A stretch of DNA of 64,000 bases, taken from the NCBI GenBank assembly GCA_012295275.1, contig CM022676.1, forward strand, positions 11,780,001 through 11,844,000, given 5' to 3'. The stretch's first letter is position 1, and every line of letters begins with the position of its first letter. A model generated the notes under the pieces. It did no database searches. It saw nothing but the letters and a program-made list of their open reading frames with translations, and was not told the DNA's origin. The stretch comes from Chrysomallon squamiferum (Eukaryota > Animalia > Mollusca). Position numbers and translations under genes: made by a program. This document shows positions 25,573-58,744 of the stretch, in pieces.

Positions 25573-27323
25573 ACGCATATATATTAACAGAAGATGACAC
25601 ACGATGATGTGTGATAAAATGTGGCTTATGATAAAACACTAAGTTGCTGTATGTGTTACTGTTTGTGAGCAGGTGTTTATATAATATCACTTGTTGCTAA
25701 CCAATAGTAGAATGTTGTGCAGTAAGAGGTAAATTTTTTCTAGTGATGAAATATAATAAAAAATTATGAAAAATTATAAAGGTTTCCTGTCCTGAAGCAA
25801 CATTTCTGTATCTAGATTTTTGCCAGTGGATTATGTTAAAACTGTCACCTGTAGATTACATGTTAACACTGCTACTGTTAATTATGGTTTGAGCTGCAGA
25901 TTAAATGGTTTACCTGGAAAGTATGTGTTTTTTTTCTTGGTAAGCTTTCTGTTGTTTCTCACTCAGAGTCTTCGTCAGGGCCGTCTTGAAACGATGCTTC
26001 GCCTTCTTCTCATCCTCCTGCTGTCTCTTCAACTGCGACAACGTTGATTCGGACTGAAACAACAAAATTTAAAAAATATATACTCTGTTACACTGTGTGT
26101 GACATTTACAGTGAGTAGGTCTAAATGTGTTTTCCAGTATGTCTGTATGGAGACTGAAAGATAGTGTCTGGTATGTCTGTACAGAACTGATATATCTGTC
26201 TGTATTAAAATTTGTGATATGTGTAATCAAGTGTCATATATCTATCTGTAGTGAACTGTCTGTTGTATCTACACAGGGTACTGTGTGTCAGTATCTCTGT
26301 ATTAAAATGTTTCTAACCACATCTCTGGCAGCTTGATGTGCAGATCCGATACTTTTCAGTGAGTTGTCAATCTCTTCCTCCAGCTGTCGAATCTTCTCAT
26401 TTTTCTCTTCTTCCAGCTGTTTCTAAAAATAAACCACATTCATCCAGTCATTACAACTATTAATACAATGCAAATACTGCAAGTAATGAGTTGTTCCCCA
26501 ATTTATGTTTGACAAAATCCTGTTTATGTTAAACCAACATAAATCTGAATACATGTATTTGTCAGTACTGTACTCTGAGCCACAGCAATACTTGTACTGG
26601 GATTATACAAACACAATAACATCTAAGATTAATAAATAAATAAATAAATAAAAAGCAAGAAGAAAATATTGGATGATGTGACATAACAAACATAAAATAA
26701 TGTTTGAAGAAGAAAAATAAAATAAAATAAAAACCTCAATTTTCTGAGCCAGCTCATTGATCAATCTTTGTTTTTCCTGTTTGACAGCTTCTCGGATCTT
26801 TGCAGCATTTTCCTTACACTGCTGTCGAACCTAGCAAGGCACATAAAAATAAGTTTTCTTTTAGTTTAAATTAAAAAATTGTATGTCATCTGTTATATAT
26901 GGTAATATAATGACATTTATTATGTTATATGGAAACATTGGTAAATATTTTAGTTTATGTTAAACAGTAAATTATTTGTGACTAATGAATAATAATTTTT
27001 TTCTATTTGCTTGATTTTGTCCAACTAAACGAAATAAAAACCTGACAAATAAAGAAATAAATAATAAAAACGTTTGTGGTATGAATTTCTAAATAAATAT
27101 TACCCACTTCTGATATCAATCTGAACTCAGAAACACTAGTTTCTGTTTTGAATTGTAAACAAAATCACAAATATTACTTTACTTTAGTAACAACTTGCTT
27201 TGAAATAATCTACAATACCTGGATCAGTCGAGTAATTCTCCTTTTATTTGTTTGGTCTTTTATAAACTGTTCTCGCTCGTTGGGACTCAGACGAATTGTG
27301 ACTTTGAACTTTTTGTCGTCCAT
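18435..27323 (-). CDS. CEP295: Centrosomal protein CEP295-like (DDC8-like N-terminal region)
   Basis: Exons 27323-27219 (MDDKKFKVTIRLSPNE..RRITRLIQ), 26830-26735 (VRQQ), 26422-26318 (SLKSIGSAH), 26053-25914, 25455-25358 (ALAVERERSATVASLPPPPP), 24821-24727, 24237-24097, 23297-23214 (DRRRRQEIVADIP), 22644-22554 (MEHAFEKLY), 22185-22021, 21427-21107, 20782-20712, 20313-19982, 19390-19069 (stop as written; a different frame continues to 18435). The N-terminal motifs match my recollection of vertebrate CEP295 (RLSPNE, RLLQVREQ, ERSAKITSLPPPPP, LEFAFE). The 3' exons are less certain. Confidence 0.85.
18700..19085 (-). repeat. 27-bp in-frame repeat (~13 copies; Q/P-TGLDTFNR)
   Basis: Unit acagggttggatacatttaacagac(cg/ag); stop-free in ORF 18435..19133. 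Confidence 0.93.
22396..22552 (-). repeat. 21-bp repeat (~7 copies) starting inside a CEP295 donor
   Basis: Plus-strand unit aaacactgtaaacaaag(g/t)agt; on minus, the donor gtcagtgttt runs straight into the array. Confidence 0.92.
23293..23625 (-). repeat. 35-46-bp acceptor-anchored repeat (~8 copies)
   Basis: Plus-strand tactcctgtaaaa(a)acatagactttt, which on minus reads ttttacag|gagta; the lowest-coordinate copy is the real acceptor of exon 23297. Confidence 0.93.
23805..24096 (-). repeat. ~40-bp donor-anchored repeat (~7 copies)
   Basis: Unit gttacgttactaacagaattgaacaaagagactgtgtgaga abuts the donor at 24096. Confidence 0.92.
24338..24700. repeat. 74-bp intronic tandem repeat (5 copies)
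   Basis: Unit gtgatatgtatactcagtgttagaaatgtaatgtgtttgtgtttattatgtattctgggtgggttgtgtgtaaa, ~25 nt from donor 24726. Confidence 0.93.
25120..25350. repeat. ~14-bp gagatagaaatact minisatellite beside donor 25357
   Basis: Repeated gagatagaaatact / gatagaagtacaca units with higher-order structure. Confidence 0.88.
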
Positions 27324-27624
27324 CACGAAGCTATGTCACTTGTCAGTTCACTGTCTAATGGAGTAATAATACTCGTTCGAACTCGTCCAACTTGTTACTA
27401 ACACCGCTAAAAGTATATTCAGCTTTTGTCATCATATAACGCACTAATACAATGACCAAACCCTAAACTATATTTTAAATATTATTATTAATTTTTAGTA
27501 TTGGAAATAAGCATCAATTTGTTAATTGTGTATCGTATATCACTCACTCATAATACGCAGAAGTCCATAAATACCGCTTCCGACAGAACAAGTCTAAACA
27601 AATCATGTGTTTTCTGTAAAACGT

Positions 27625-27685
27625 TCTTTGATTGGCTACTTCGTCATTTTGTAAAAATAAAGACTAGAATGGCGCCATCTAATGT
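27625..27685. promoter_or_regulatory. Putative CEP295 promoter elements (CCAAT box; YY1-like ATGGCG sites)
   Basis: gattggc at ~27630 and palindromic atggcgccat at ~27669, about 300-350 bp upstream of the ATG in locally CpG-richer sequence. Confidence 0.4.
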
Positions 27686-28974
27686 GGATTGTACAAGCAA
27701 GACTTAGTACCTATGAGGATTTTTTTTTTTTTTTTTTATACAATGGCTTGATTGTGTAAATATAATTTTTTAATTAAAATTAAATATTAGTATTATTTTC
27801 TTAAAATTATTTTTATTAAAAAAGATGAAAAAAATATATGGAAATAAAATAAATATATAATTATTATGGAGATGAAAATATAATGATAACAGGAATAAAT
27901 AAATAAATAAATAAATAAACAAACAATAAAATTAAAATTATTAAAAAACGAACAGTATAATAAAGAAAATAACAAAAATATTCTCAGAATTTTATTTTTC
28001 CTTATTTAATTGAATAACAATGAAAAAGTTGAATCTGTACATATATTAAAGAAAAAAAATATATATATGAAATGGAAATTTAAATTTTTTAATTTTCTTT
28101 TTATACAATAACAATCATTCTGTAAGGAAGATATGAAAATGAAATCTCTACATCAAAGATTTTCATTGACCAAGCATTGAGCTGTAGTTGGAATGAGAAA
28201 CAGGACAATGGATTCATGTAGGAGTAATCCCACCTATGAAATGTGAACTGTTAATGTCATCAAATATTTTATATGTTTATGAGATGACTAGATTTTTTAA
28301 ATCAGTGTTTAAATCAGACATTATTCTTAGAACAGTCTGTCTTTCATGTGTTCAGACCATTTTGAAAGACGTATTTATTTTGTCTTTGTACAATTTCATT
28401 AAATAAATTCATATGAAATGTATACACAGAACATGTTATATATATACACACACAAGGACAATGGTGTTTTTTACAATATGAAAGAGATTCTACTTTGCTT
28501 GCATACTCATGCAAATTTCATTATACATTTCTTTTTCTTGTAGCAAAACCACATGGTTTAATGTATAATGTATTAATAAATGCATATTCAAAAGTTACTG
28601 TTTTTCCTTCTTTTTTAATTTTTTAATGTGTATTGTATATTATAAATAAAAAAATGGTGTATTTGCTATGAGACAAGATCCCAGATGTCTCTCTTCCACA
28701 CAGAATAAATTTTAAAAAATCTTCTAAAAGGAATTCTTTGATCTACTTGCTCTGCAGAAACGGTTTCAAACAAACAGCACATCCCACTCTTCCAGTAACT
28801 CTGCCACCCTTAAACCCCACCTGCAGAAGATCCTGAACTGTCTCTGAATATTAATATAATCATTGTTTACATATTTATTTTCTCTCCAAAGTTTCTTACA
28901 TTCCATACAACACCACACAATGTTGTTCTTTGTTGACTGCTCTTCCATAAACATTTTGTTTCTGCCACTGAATA

Positions 28975-29240
28975 TTAATGTAATTATTTATATATGTCAG
29001 TGTTTGTAGTAAGTTATCACATGATGTTTTAATGTAATTATTTATTTATGTCAGTGTTTGTAGTAAGTTATCACATGATGTTTTAATGTAATTATTTATA
29101 CATGTCAGTGTTTCTAGAAGTTATCACATGATGTCTTAATGTAATTTTTATACATGTCAGTGTTTGTAATAAGTTATCACATGATGTTTTCATGTAATTA
29201 TTTATATATGTCAGTGTTTGTAGTAAGTTATCACATGATA
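28975..29240 (-). repeat. 54-bp repeat (5 copies) containing the GPR89 last codons and stop
   Basis: Plus-strand ttatcacatgat (minus atc atg TGA taa) at ~29014, 29068, 29122, 29175 and 29229. Confidence 0.92.
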
Positions 29241-29380
29241 TTTTTCTCTGGGGCCTGTTTGTGAGCGATGTAGAGAAAGCCGATGCTAGACAGAGCACTG
29301 ACGAGGAATATGACGTCAAACCAGCGATGATAAAAATTAAACTGAAGTTCACCAAGTACTTCTGTTATTATAGATCTGAA

Positions 29381-29421
<41 letters not shown>

Positions 29422-32400
29422 TAATAATACTAACAGTAATGATAATAAATTAATAATTATAATAATAATGATGATAATAATAATAATGACTCAACTGTAA
29501 TTTATAATTTTAACATATAAATGTTTTCACATGATGTTTGTATATATGTCTATCTAGCAAATTTATGACTAACAGTGAGCAAGTTCAAATACTATTTGTC
29601 TTTCTTTCTTCATTATTGTTAGTCACATAAATTTTCTTTCCTCGTTTTGTAATTAACATTTTTATGCATTCACATTTTAATTAAAATTTACCTGTATTCT
29701 GGTGGCATGTTCATTCTCATTAACAAAACAGATGACACGAAATACATTCCCTGAAAGTAAAAAGTAAACAATCTTAAACATTAATAAAAATAATAATGAT
29801 CATAGTAACAATAATAAAACAATAAAAATCAGTTTCATTATATTAAACAAACCAATAAAAAAATTCTCCCAGTCACCATTGTCAAACATGTCGTTTTCTT
29901 TTTTAATTTTTTGTTCTGTTTTAAATAAATAAATAAATAAAATAATTTTTCTTGTTTTATCTGATTCACTCACCATAATCTGAGCCAAACACAAAACAAT
30001 GGCGTTTGATGACTTGCTGCTTGCAATGGCATAGAAAAACTGAAATAAAAATAAAAAATAAAATTTTTTACTTCAGCTGTAACAGTTTAAAACAAAGCTG
30101 CAGAATACATCATTTTGTGATATTTTCTCAAATCAACAAGTACTCATATTTATAGTAGATAGATGTTTAATATACTTCTTAATTTACAAGAAATAAATAA
30201 TCAATTACTTCAAAGGTATACCCTTATTAATAACAATAATCACGATAATGTTTTGTAAAATAAATTAGAAGTAGTAATATTTTCTAAACTCTACCCTTGT
30301 TAAAATAAATAAACATAATATTTTCTAAACTACTCTTGTAAATAACAAATAAAGATAGTAATATTTACTAAAACCTACTCTTGTTAAAGTTATGAGAAGA
30401 CCTCTGATGGATGACACAATTATAATACCAATAAGAAGAAATGATATTTGCTGTGACCAAAACTTGACCTGTTGAAACAAAAAACAGTTTTATCAATAAT
30501 TTAACACAATCTACCTATCTGTCTATTTAAACATACATACGTACAAACACACTCAAGTGCTATTGCATGGTTTTATTATTACTTTTTTTCAAAAACTAAA
30601 CACAAATCTGTAATTGCAAAAGAATAAAATTTAGCAATGCAGATACAAGCCTGATATTAAAATAATAATAATAAATAAAATATAAATTTTTTTTTTTAAT
30701 AAAAAGTAAAACGATTGAAAACATAAAATAAATTAAATTTTAAAAATCAAACAAAATAATGATTAAAAGAAAGAATAGACACAGAAAATATTAAAAAAAC
30801 TTACGTCAAACTGAACACCAAAGTAGTTGATGGCAATTTCAATTCCTCTAGTGACTGGGTCCACTTTACCCACTCGGTCAAATATTATGTTTATTGTTGC
30901 CTACAAAAATAACAGTTTCAGAAATGATATTTAGTAAAAATAACTAAAATACTGAAAAATATTAAAAAAAATAGTTTATATATATAAGTAAATAAATCAG
31001 TTAAGATAAAACATAATTAATTATAATAATTAAAACAAAACTCATGAATTCTGCCCGTGAAACAAAAATAAATATTAAGAAATAAATCATTAATGAAAGC
31101 TCTTAAAAAGAAAATAATACAAATATTATATGTGCACATTCACCTAATTTATTAATACTTTTTTTTTTTAAAGTAACTTACCATAAATATTTTCCAAACA
31201 CAGTATACTGAGAAAAAATATCCTAAAAAGTTGAAATATTTTCCTTTGAAGGTTTTGGAATATTCCCTTCTGTCCTGAAAAAGAATTAAAAAATTACTGA
31301 CAGAAAAAAAAATAATAGAGTTAACAAATAATATTGGCAATGGAAAACACTGAACAAATTACTAATACATAAATTTAATCTTTCATGATTACAAAATAAT
31401 AAATATTTTAAAATTATTACTTAGTATTATATATTTCTGATATAATTAATACTTTAATAAATTAATACTATTACAGTATTAAGTATTTTAAATGTTTTAA
31501 TGAATTAATAATTTCTATAACATTATTTACAAGTACATCATTTAATAAACTGTTATTTGCTATTTTGTGATTTTGAATAATTAGTGTCTCTTCTATTACA
31601 TAATTTTGAAGTATATCTATATGTAATAACGAACTATTACTTATATTACAGTATATAATAACAAACTATTACTTATATTAAAGTATATAATAACAAACTA
31701 TTACTTGTATTACAGTATATAATAACAAACTATTACTTATATTACAGTGTATAACAACAAACTATTACTTGTATTACAGTATGTAATAACAAACTATTAC
31801 TTATATTAAAGTATGTAATAACAAACTATTACTTATATTACAGTATATAATAACAAACTATTACTTATATTAAAGTATGTAATAACAAACTATTACTTGT
31901 ATTACAGTATATAATAACAAACTATTACTTATATTACAGTATATAATAACAAACTATTACTTGTATTACAGTGTATAATAACAAACTATTACTTATATTA
32001 AAGTATATAATAACAAACTATTACTTGTATTACAGTATATAATAACAAACTATTACTTGTATTACAGTATGTAATAACAAACTATTACTTGTATTACACA
32101 GCTATTACTTACTATTGCATCATGAAGATCGACTGACTCAAGGAAGAGTTGTCTAGTCAGTTCTTCCATGGCTCTCGTCTCCTGCTTCAACAAACCAATG
32201 TCTGACCGTTGTCAAGGAATTTTTATATCAATGTGACATCAGTGTGAACACAAGTCAAAAATATTAGAATCAGATTAACATTTCTGTTGAAACTACATTT
32301 TATAATACTAAGGATGTGAGTAGAAGAAAGAAGTGAATCTTCATCTTTTGTTTTCTTCCACACACATTGACTTAACCATACAGACATTGACACACACAGA

Positions 32401-32788
32401 GACAGACCGACATACTCTTTCTTATACAAACATATACACATACAACACAGAAACATCATGAATCATGTAGCTACTTGTTCTGTTGTGACAATGCTCATAC
32501 AAAAACAACAAACAGAAAAATGAACAGGTTTTCTCAAATACTCAAAGTGGTTAAAACACAAAGGATATTTTCTGTGCTTGCACTGGATGTAACGTTTTTA
32601 AACAGTCCCCACAAACCTCCAGAACTCTTAGAAATACACGCCTGTCTCAGACTCTCTCTCTGAGCCACAGCAATTCTGTGAAAAAACAAACATTCATCAA
32701 ATCAGTGTTATACAACAGACATTTAACTCTCTGTTTACATTTTTATTTTTTTCATAATGTCTAATACACAGAAATAGAGAAATAGTAT

Positions 32789-32827
<39 letters not shown>

Positions 32828-35800
32828 TCTGCTATAATTTAATTAGTTCTGCTGTAGATTGACAAAAACGGAAAAATATTCATGTGTAATCTGTTTAGTA
32901 TAATTCTTACACTAACAAACAAGTATTTAACAACAAGTTAAAAATCACCTTTTCTTTTTCATGAGGATAATGTATTTAGTATAATTCTAACACTAACAAC
33001 AAGTTAAAAATCACCTTTTCTTTTTCATGAGAATAATGTATTTAGTTAAAAATCACCTTTTCTTTTTCATGAGAATAATGTATTTAGTTAAAAATCACCT
33101 TTTCTTTTTCATGAGGATAATGTATTTAGTTAAAAATCACCTTTTCTTTTTCATGAGGATAATGTATTTAGTTAAAAATCACCTTTTCTTCTTCATGAGG
33201 ATGATGTCGAGAGACTGCATCAGTCGTTTCTCTATTGACTGAATGTCTGCTTCTGTCACCTGCCTGGCAACACAAAACTTTACTTAGTTAACATTTGTTT
33301 AAAACACTTCATCATTAGATTTCAAAAACACAGTTTGAAACCAGTCATTCCTTACTTTTAATTATTGTAAGTAGCAAATATTTTTTATGTGACTTCTGTA
33401 ATTCATAATCAGTGGAGACTTTGATTCAACAGCAATGGAGACTGGGGTAGAATGGGAAAAAGCTCTGCAGATGCAATTAGGGGGTTATCTGGGTTAAAGA
33501 TATCTGATCATACTTTATTAAAAATACTGGTTATAAACTGTATGATGTATGAAATGAATGATATTAAGTCTATTACTGGTAGTTCAAGGCTTACTTGCAT
33601 CATTAAATCTTTTTTTTTATTATGTTCCTACACCTCTGTCTTTGATAACCAATAGAACCTAACAGACTTATTTAGTGACTTTCTATTTAAAAAGACATAT
33701 TAAATCAAACCTGACAAAGTAGTGCATTGACGTGTAGGGGTAGTTGACAGCACCAAATCCTGACAACAGCGCCATCAGCGTCACACCAATCACACCAACA
33801 CGACCAATACACTGCTCTATAGAAAATATACCTGAAAAAATAAATATATTTATTTATTACGTTTGAAAAATCTTTTCTTTTTGTATCTTATTAAAATACT
33901 ATTTACAAACATTAACAAATATTCTTTATTTATAAATATTAATGTTTCTTTTTGAATGGCACAAATTTGTTTACGAATATCTATGCATTTAAGTATGATT
34001 TTATTTAGGGAATGGATATTATCACTTATTTTATATTATTATTACAGAGAATGGATAATTATGGACTGGATCAGAAATGGATCTTACCATGTTTTATGTG
34101 GTGGATTAGAAATGGATCTTACCATGTTTTGGGCTGTGGATTGGAAATGGATCTCCAATTTTCCAGAACAGATAACAGAACGCACACCAGGCTATCACAG
34201 TGAGAGTCACTATCACATGTTTCTTCTGAGAGACTGAACACAGTGAAAACAAACAGTAAATGTACAGACTGGTTATACAAATATCATGTATATTACATGT
34301 TTGTATGTGTATATATGTATATATATATATATCATTATAGCCAAGACTGGTTATTTCTCAGAATAAACGTGTGTTTTAAATAATTCAGCCATTATACAGA
34401 TTATACATTTACAAATTTACACACACAGACACACCAACATACACACTTTACTTACTGTGATACTTTTAATCTATGTACCTCTATAAACACTTAATTCTGT
34501 GTAATACACATAGACAAATATACCTGATAACACACACACACTTAAACATACTGATTTAATAAAGATGAAAAGTGATAATTTTCAAAACACACATGTACAC
34601 AACTCTCATATACACAATATACAACATACAGAGCTACATACTCTTTCTCCAACAGATATACAGTAATATTAACTACAGACAACGTATTGTTAATGATGAT
34701 GATACCTAGTCTGATGTTGCTGATGATGAAGTAGGCGATGTAGAAAGGAAGTAAGCCAATTAAAACAAAAAATATGGCATAAAGTCCAAACTTCCAGTGA
34801 AAATAGCGAGAACTGAAAAAAAAACAGAACAAGAAAATTAGTTTTTATTAGTAATACTTCAGAGTTATTTAGTTAGTCGCCTTGAACAATATTTAAAATA
34901 TAATAATTTAGTAAATTTCTTTATTAGAAATACTGAACACCTAGCTGTGTATGTTTATGAGTTTGTGTATATGTGTGTGCTTATATATGTATATGTATTT
35001 ATGTATATGCTTTTATCTATGATTGTGCATAATTATGTATGTATCTTTATTAATGTTCTGTGTGTGTGTGTGTCAAAATAAATAAATTTATTATTGGTAT
35101 GACATTACATTATGGTTACATAATCATGATAATGAGATTAAATTTTACCTGGAGTCCATTATGTTGAGAATTTCAAAAATAATCAACTCAAACATCGTGC
35201 ACGACAACGAGAATGTAGCAGAAAACACCAACTGTACCACTGTGTGATGTACCTGGAAATAAATAAACAAATAAATAAATGAATGAATGAATGAATGAAT
35301 GAATGAATAAAATAAAATAAATAAATACAGTGTTGAATGAAACTGAATAATAACAACAACAATAATAAAGTAACAAATTAACACTTTCCCCCTAAATATG
35401 AATGAGATAATAAATATTTTATTTACCATCATATTGATCACAGTTTTAATCTCAATTATATGTCAGTGATTAAGATGCTCATATATGATGAGATAAAGAC
35501 ACATACTGCAGTAACAGCCTGGTTTATCAAATGTCATAGTTTTTTAATCTCATTCAATGGGAAGGTAAGAATAAAACAACACCATACTGCTAACTAACAA
35601 GTAGCCCATGGAAAGAAAGCAGAACATTTCCTCTCTCTCAATCTCAAATTAAAATTAAACATTTTGTATTTTATAACCATTAGTAATGTATGAATAATCA
35701 TTAAAAATGAATTTACTAATCAGTTTTAATTTTAAAACCTTTAAAAAATTAAATTTGTTAACTGTGTACAGAATATGTTAAAGATAAAAACAAAATGTGT

Positions 35801-36585
35801 TTGTTTTTTGTACCTCATAATCTCGGAAAAGTTTCTTGAGGAAAAACACCCAGCCTCCTGCAAAGAAGAGAACCTGTGAATAGAAATAATTTTATATTTT
35901 AAGTAACTTAGACTAGAGTGTAGTCAGAAAGTGAACGTATGTGTATGTATACGTGTACTTGTACTTGTTAAATACTAATGGTATGAAATGTGTTGTGTTT
36001 TTCAATACACAAATACATGTCTAGATTAGCTTACACCCCCAGTTTAAGTTATTTCAACTTGAAACTTATATTCAAGGCAATGATGACATCTTTCCTTTTT
36101 TCGAAATCTTGAATCTAGCTGAAATATCTAATGTCATATAAGTGTAACAAACACGTACATGTATTTGTTTGTGTAAGTGCGTGTGTGCATGCATACTGAT
36201 ACGTAAATCCATATAAATGTATTTGTGTATAATGTACTAATCACTTGCTGAGCATGTATGTATCATTTTGTATGACAAATGCAATATATCCTATTCATTA
36301 CGTTATTCAGTTTTTTAATTATTGTTTCCTCTTTTTATTAATTAAGGACGTAAACATCATGGATTTAAAATAAATATACTTAAGGATTTGGATCACATTC
36401 AAGGACGCTGAGTATTAATAATATAATTTGATCAGATACAGTTGCGTAAAAATTAAATGGTCTATGACTATTGACTCCTTGACTGCTGATCAAAAATGTC
36501 TCGCATGAATGAGCAAATTCATTAGTTAAAGCTTATACGAAACCTGCGAAAACAGCATAAGACAGGAATCTACTAGAAATGACAT
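29231..36585 (-). CDS. GPR89: Golgi pH regulator (GPR89/GPHR), complete, 15 exons
   Basis: Exons 36585-36544 ([14 protein letters not shown]), 35873-35814, 35252-35149 ([15 protein letters not shown]), 34812-34706, 34233-34123 ([16 protein letters not shown]), 33831-33711 ([20 protein letters not shown]), 33263-33183, 32675-32569, 32201-32113, 31274-31182, 30900-30805, 30468-30379, 30039-29974, 29750-29692, 29375-29231 ([20 protein letters not shown]). All phases are consistent. Confidence 0.97.
31620..32112 (-). repeat. 33-bp donor-abutting repeat (~15 copies)
   Basis: Unit aacaaactattactt(a/g)tattacagtatataat; the minus-strand aagtaatag core matches the donor gtaagtaatag. Confidence 0.93.
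32202..32568 (-). other. U12-type (minor spliceosome) intron with AT-AG termini in GPR89
   Basis: 5' site ATATCCTTTG (minus strand from 32568); branch site TTCCTTGAC (32219-32211); CAG 3' end about 11 nt after the branch A; the spliced junction reads TE-N-IGLLKQE in frame. Confidence 0.88.
32935..33207 (-). repeat. 42-bp repeat (5-6 copies) of the GPR89 exon 7 end and donor
   Basis: Minus-strand unit acattatcctcatgaaaaagaaaag|gtgatttttaactaaat. Confidence 0.95.
34064..34155 (-). repeat. 35-bp duplication (~2.5 copies) of the GPR89 exon 5 end and donor
   Basis: Minus-strand agatccatttc..aaaacatg|gtaag is repeated. Confidence 0.9.
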
Positions 36586-37231
36586 GGCTCAATTATTATT
36601 TGAAATAATTCCAATTTTTTGACTGAATAAACAATAATCTGACTCATTGGCTTAAAATGTCAACGTTGCGGGTGTTTCCCAGAAATTCTGTTTACCAGAA
36701 TGAACGACTTAAGTAATTTTGTATTCCTTGTAACCATTGGTTAACTATTATATGAAAGAAAAAAAAGGATTAAATAGAAGAAAGGGCGTATAAATGGAAT
36801 TAATATCTATGCAGCTTAAATCAGTTATCAATACCAAAGCAAAACGATAAAAAAAAATTGAAATAAGTATCTGTTGTTTGCATAAACTATCATAATTATG
36901 GGAACTCCGAAATGGTTCCTTATTTATTTTAGCCAATGGCAATAGGCGTCTTTTCTTTCCTTACCGGGGGAATTCCAGGGAAATGCGTTTATTGGTCTTC
37001 CTCCCGCGTCTTCACCGCAAAAGATGCTTATAATGAAAAGTTGATGAGGTTAACATTTATTTTATACTACTTAGATAACATTATAAATAAATTACAGAAC
37101 ATGTTTATAGTATGGCAAATACATTTATTTCGAATATGTCATTATTTTAACACTGGATCTATAAGCTTACGTCTTAGTTAATAACAGTTCGGTTAATCTA
37201 ATGGTGGCAGCCATATTCTGGAGTACCCGAC
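36586..37231. promoter_or_regulatory. Bidirectional promoter region for GPR89 and the USP25-like gene
   Basis: Divergent ATGs about 650 bp apart; CCAAT/ATTGG boxes at ~36646, 36736, 36933 and 36991; GGGGAATTCC at 36967-36976; more CpGs than the flanks. Confidence 0.7.
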
Positions 37232-57116
<19,885 letters not shown>

Positions 57117-57129
57117 AATCTTCACTGTA

Positions 57130-57697
57130 CACATGTTTTATATATACAGTTTATACAATTTGAATACAATAGACATGTTTTATACACCTTGAAAACAATA
57201 GACATATGTTTTATACAATTTGAATACAATATACATGTTTTATACAACTTGAAAACAATAGACATGCATATTATACAGCTTGAAAACAATAGACATACAT
57301 TTTATATACATTTTATATGACTTGATAGCAGTAGCCACACATTTTATATAACTTGAAAACAATTGACATACATTTTAGATACATTTTATACAACTTGAAA
57401 ACAAGTCATATTTTATACAACTTGATAACAATAGACGTACATTTTATATAACTTGAAAACAATAGACATACATTTTATATAACTTGAAAACAAGTCATAT
57501 ATTTGATAGAACTTGAAAACAATAGACATACATTTTATACAACTTGAAAACAATAGACATACATTTTATATAACTTGAAAACAATTGACCTACATTTTAA
57601 ACAACGTGAAAACAATAGATATACATTTTATACAACGTGAAAACAATAGACATACATTTTATACAACTTGTCTTAAAATGTATCAGTTTAAAAACAG

Positions 57698-57728
<31 letters not shown>

Positions 57729-57960
57729 GCCACTTCAAAGAAGAGGTGTGTATTTGGAAAACAACGTACACTTCTTACACAAAGTATATTCACTTGAAAA
57801 CAAATATGTAGTGTTTACAATTTGAAAACAATAAACATTTAGTTTATCAATCTTAAAATACTAAACACACTTTTTATACAGTTTGAAAACAATAGACGTA
57901 CAATATTTTAGTTTGAAAGGAGTGAGATACATGGTTTAAACAATTTGAAAACAATGGACG
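57130..57960 (+). repeat. ~31-bp degenerate repeat just after the USP25 stop (3' UTR)
   Basis: About 20 copies of aacttgaaaacaatagacatacattttata-like sequence. Confidence 0.88.
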
Positions 57961-58414
57961 TCAGATATATCGGTTGGAAGAGAACTTATAAACGTTGGAA
58001 TCGGCCTAGAAGAGTGCAGACGACAGATTTGTGAAGACAGAGAACTAAACGTGGTTGTCAACTTGAGCAGTGAGGCTCAGTCCTGGTTGGTTAACTTAAA
58101 GTCTGACGTTTTCTCAAACACCACGCAGTTTAAACCAGAGTGGAGCGTTCAGGATACAACCTGATTTGATTTTCCGACGGTTTTTTTTTCTTGTGATAGT
58201 TCCAAGTATTTACGAGATGGACAGGTTGTCATGGAAACAGCAGACCTTGTGGATTGTCGGATTAGCACGATAACTCTCACGTTTGAAGTAATATATTTAT
58301 TTACACGTGAAGATGCAAATGTATTTTTATAATCACTCGAGAAAAAACAACAACACACGCCTCTTTGGTATAAAATAATTATGTTCTTTTGATGCAACCA
58401 TATTATTATTACTC

Positions 58415-58460
<46 letters not shown>

Positions 58461-58466
58461 TATTAC

Positions 58467-58497
<31 letters not shown>

Positions 58498-58744
58498 TTT
58501 ATTTTTATTTTATTACTGCTGCTGTTTCACTTCAGAAAAATAATTTTTCTTGCTTTAACATGTGACTTTTTCGTGAATGAAACTCAACACTGTCTCCTAT
58601 GATGTTACTGTTCTGACAGCGGTTAAGACAGACTTGTCACTATTCTAATAACACAAGACACAGAAATGTCAACATTCTAAGAACTTTTAAGATAGACTAT
58701 CTCAAGATTATGACTGTTCTATAAACTGTTAAACAGAAATGTCG

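Noticed and set aside
36078-36125. C/D-box snoRNA-like ATGATGA...CTGA
   Set aside because: Too short, antisense to the host gene, and no terminal stem.
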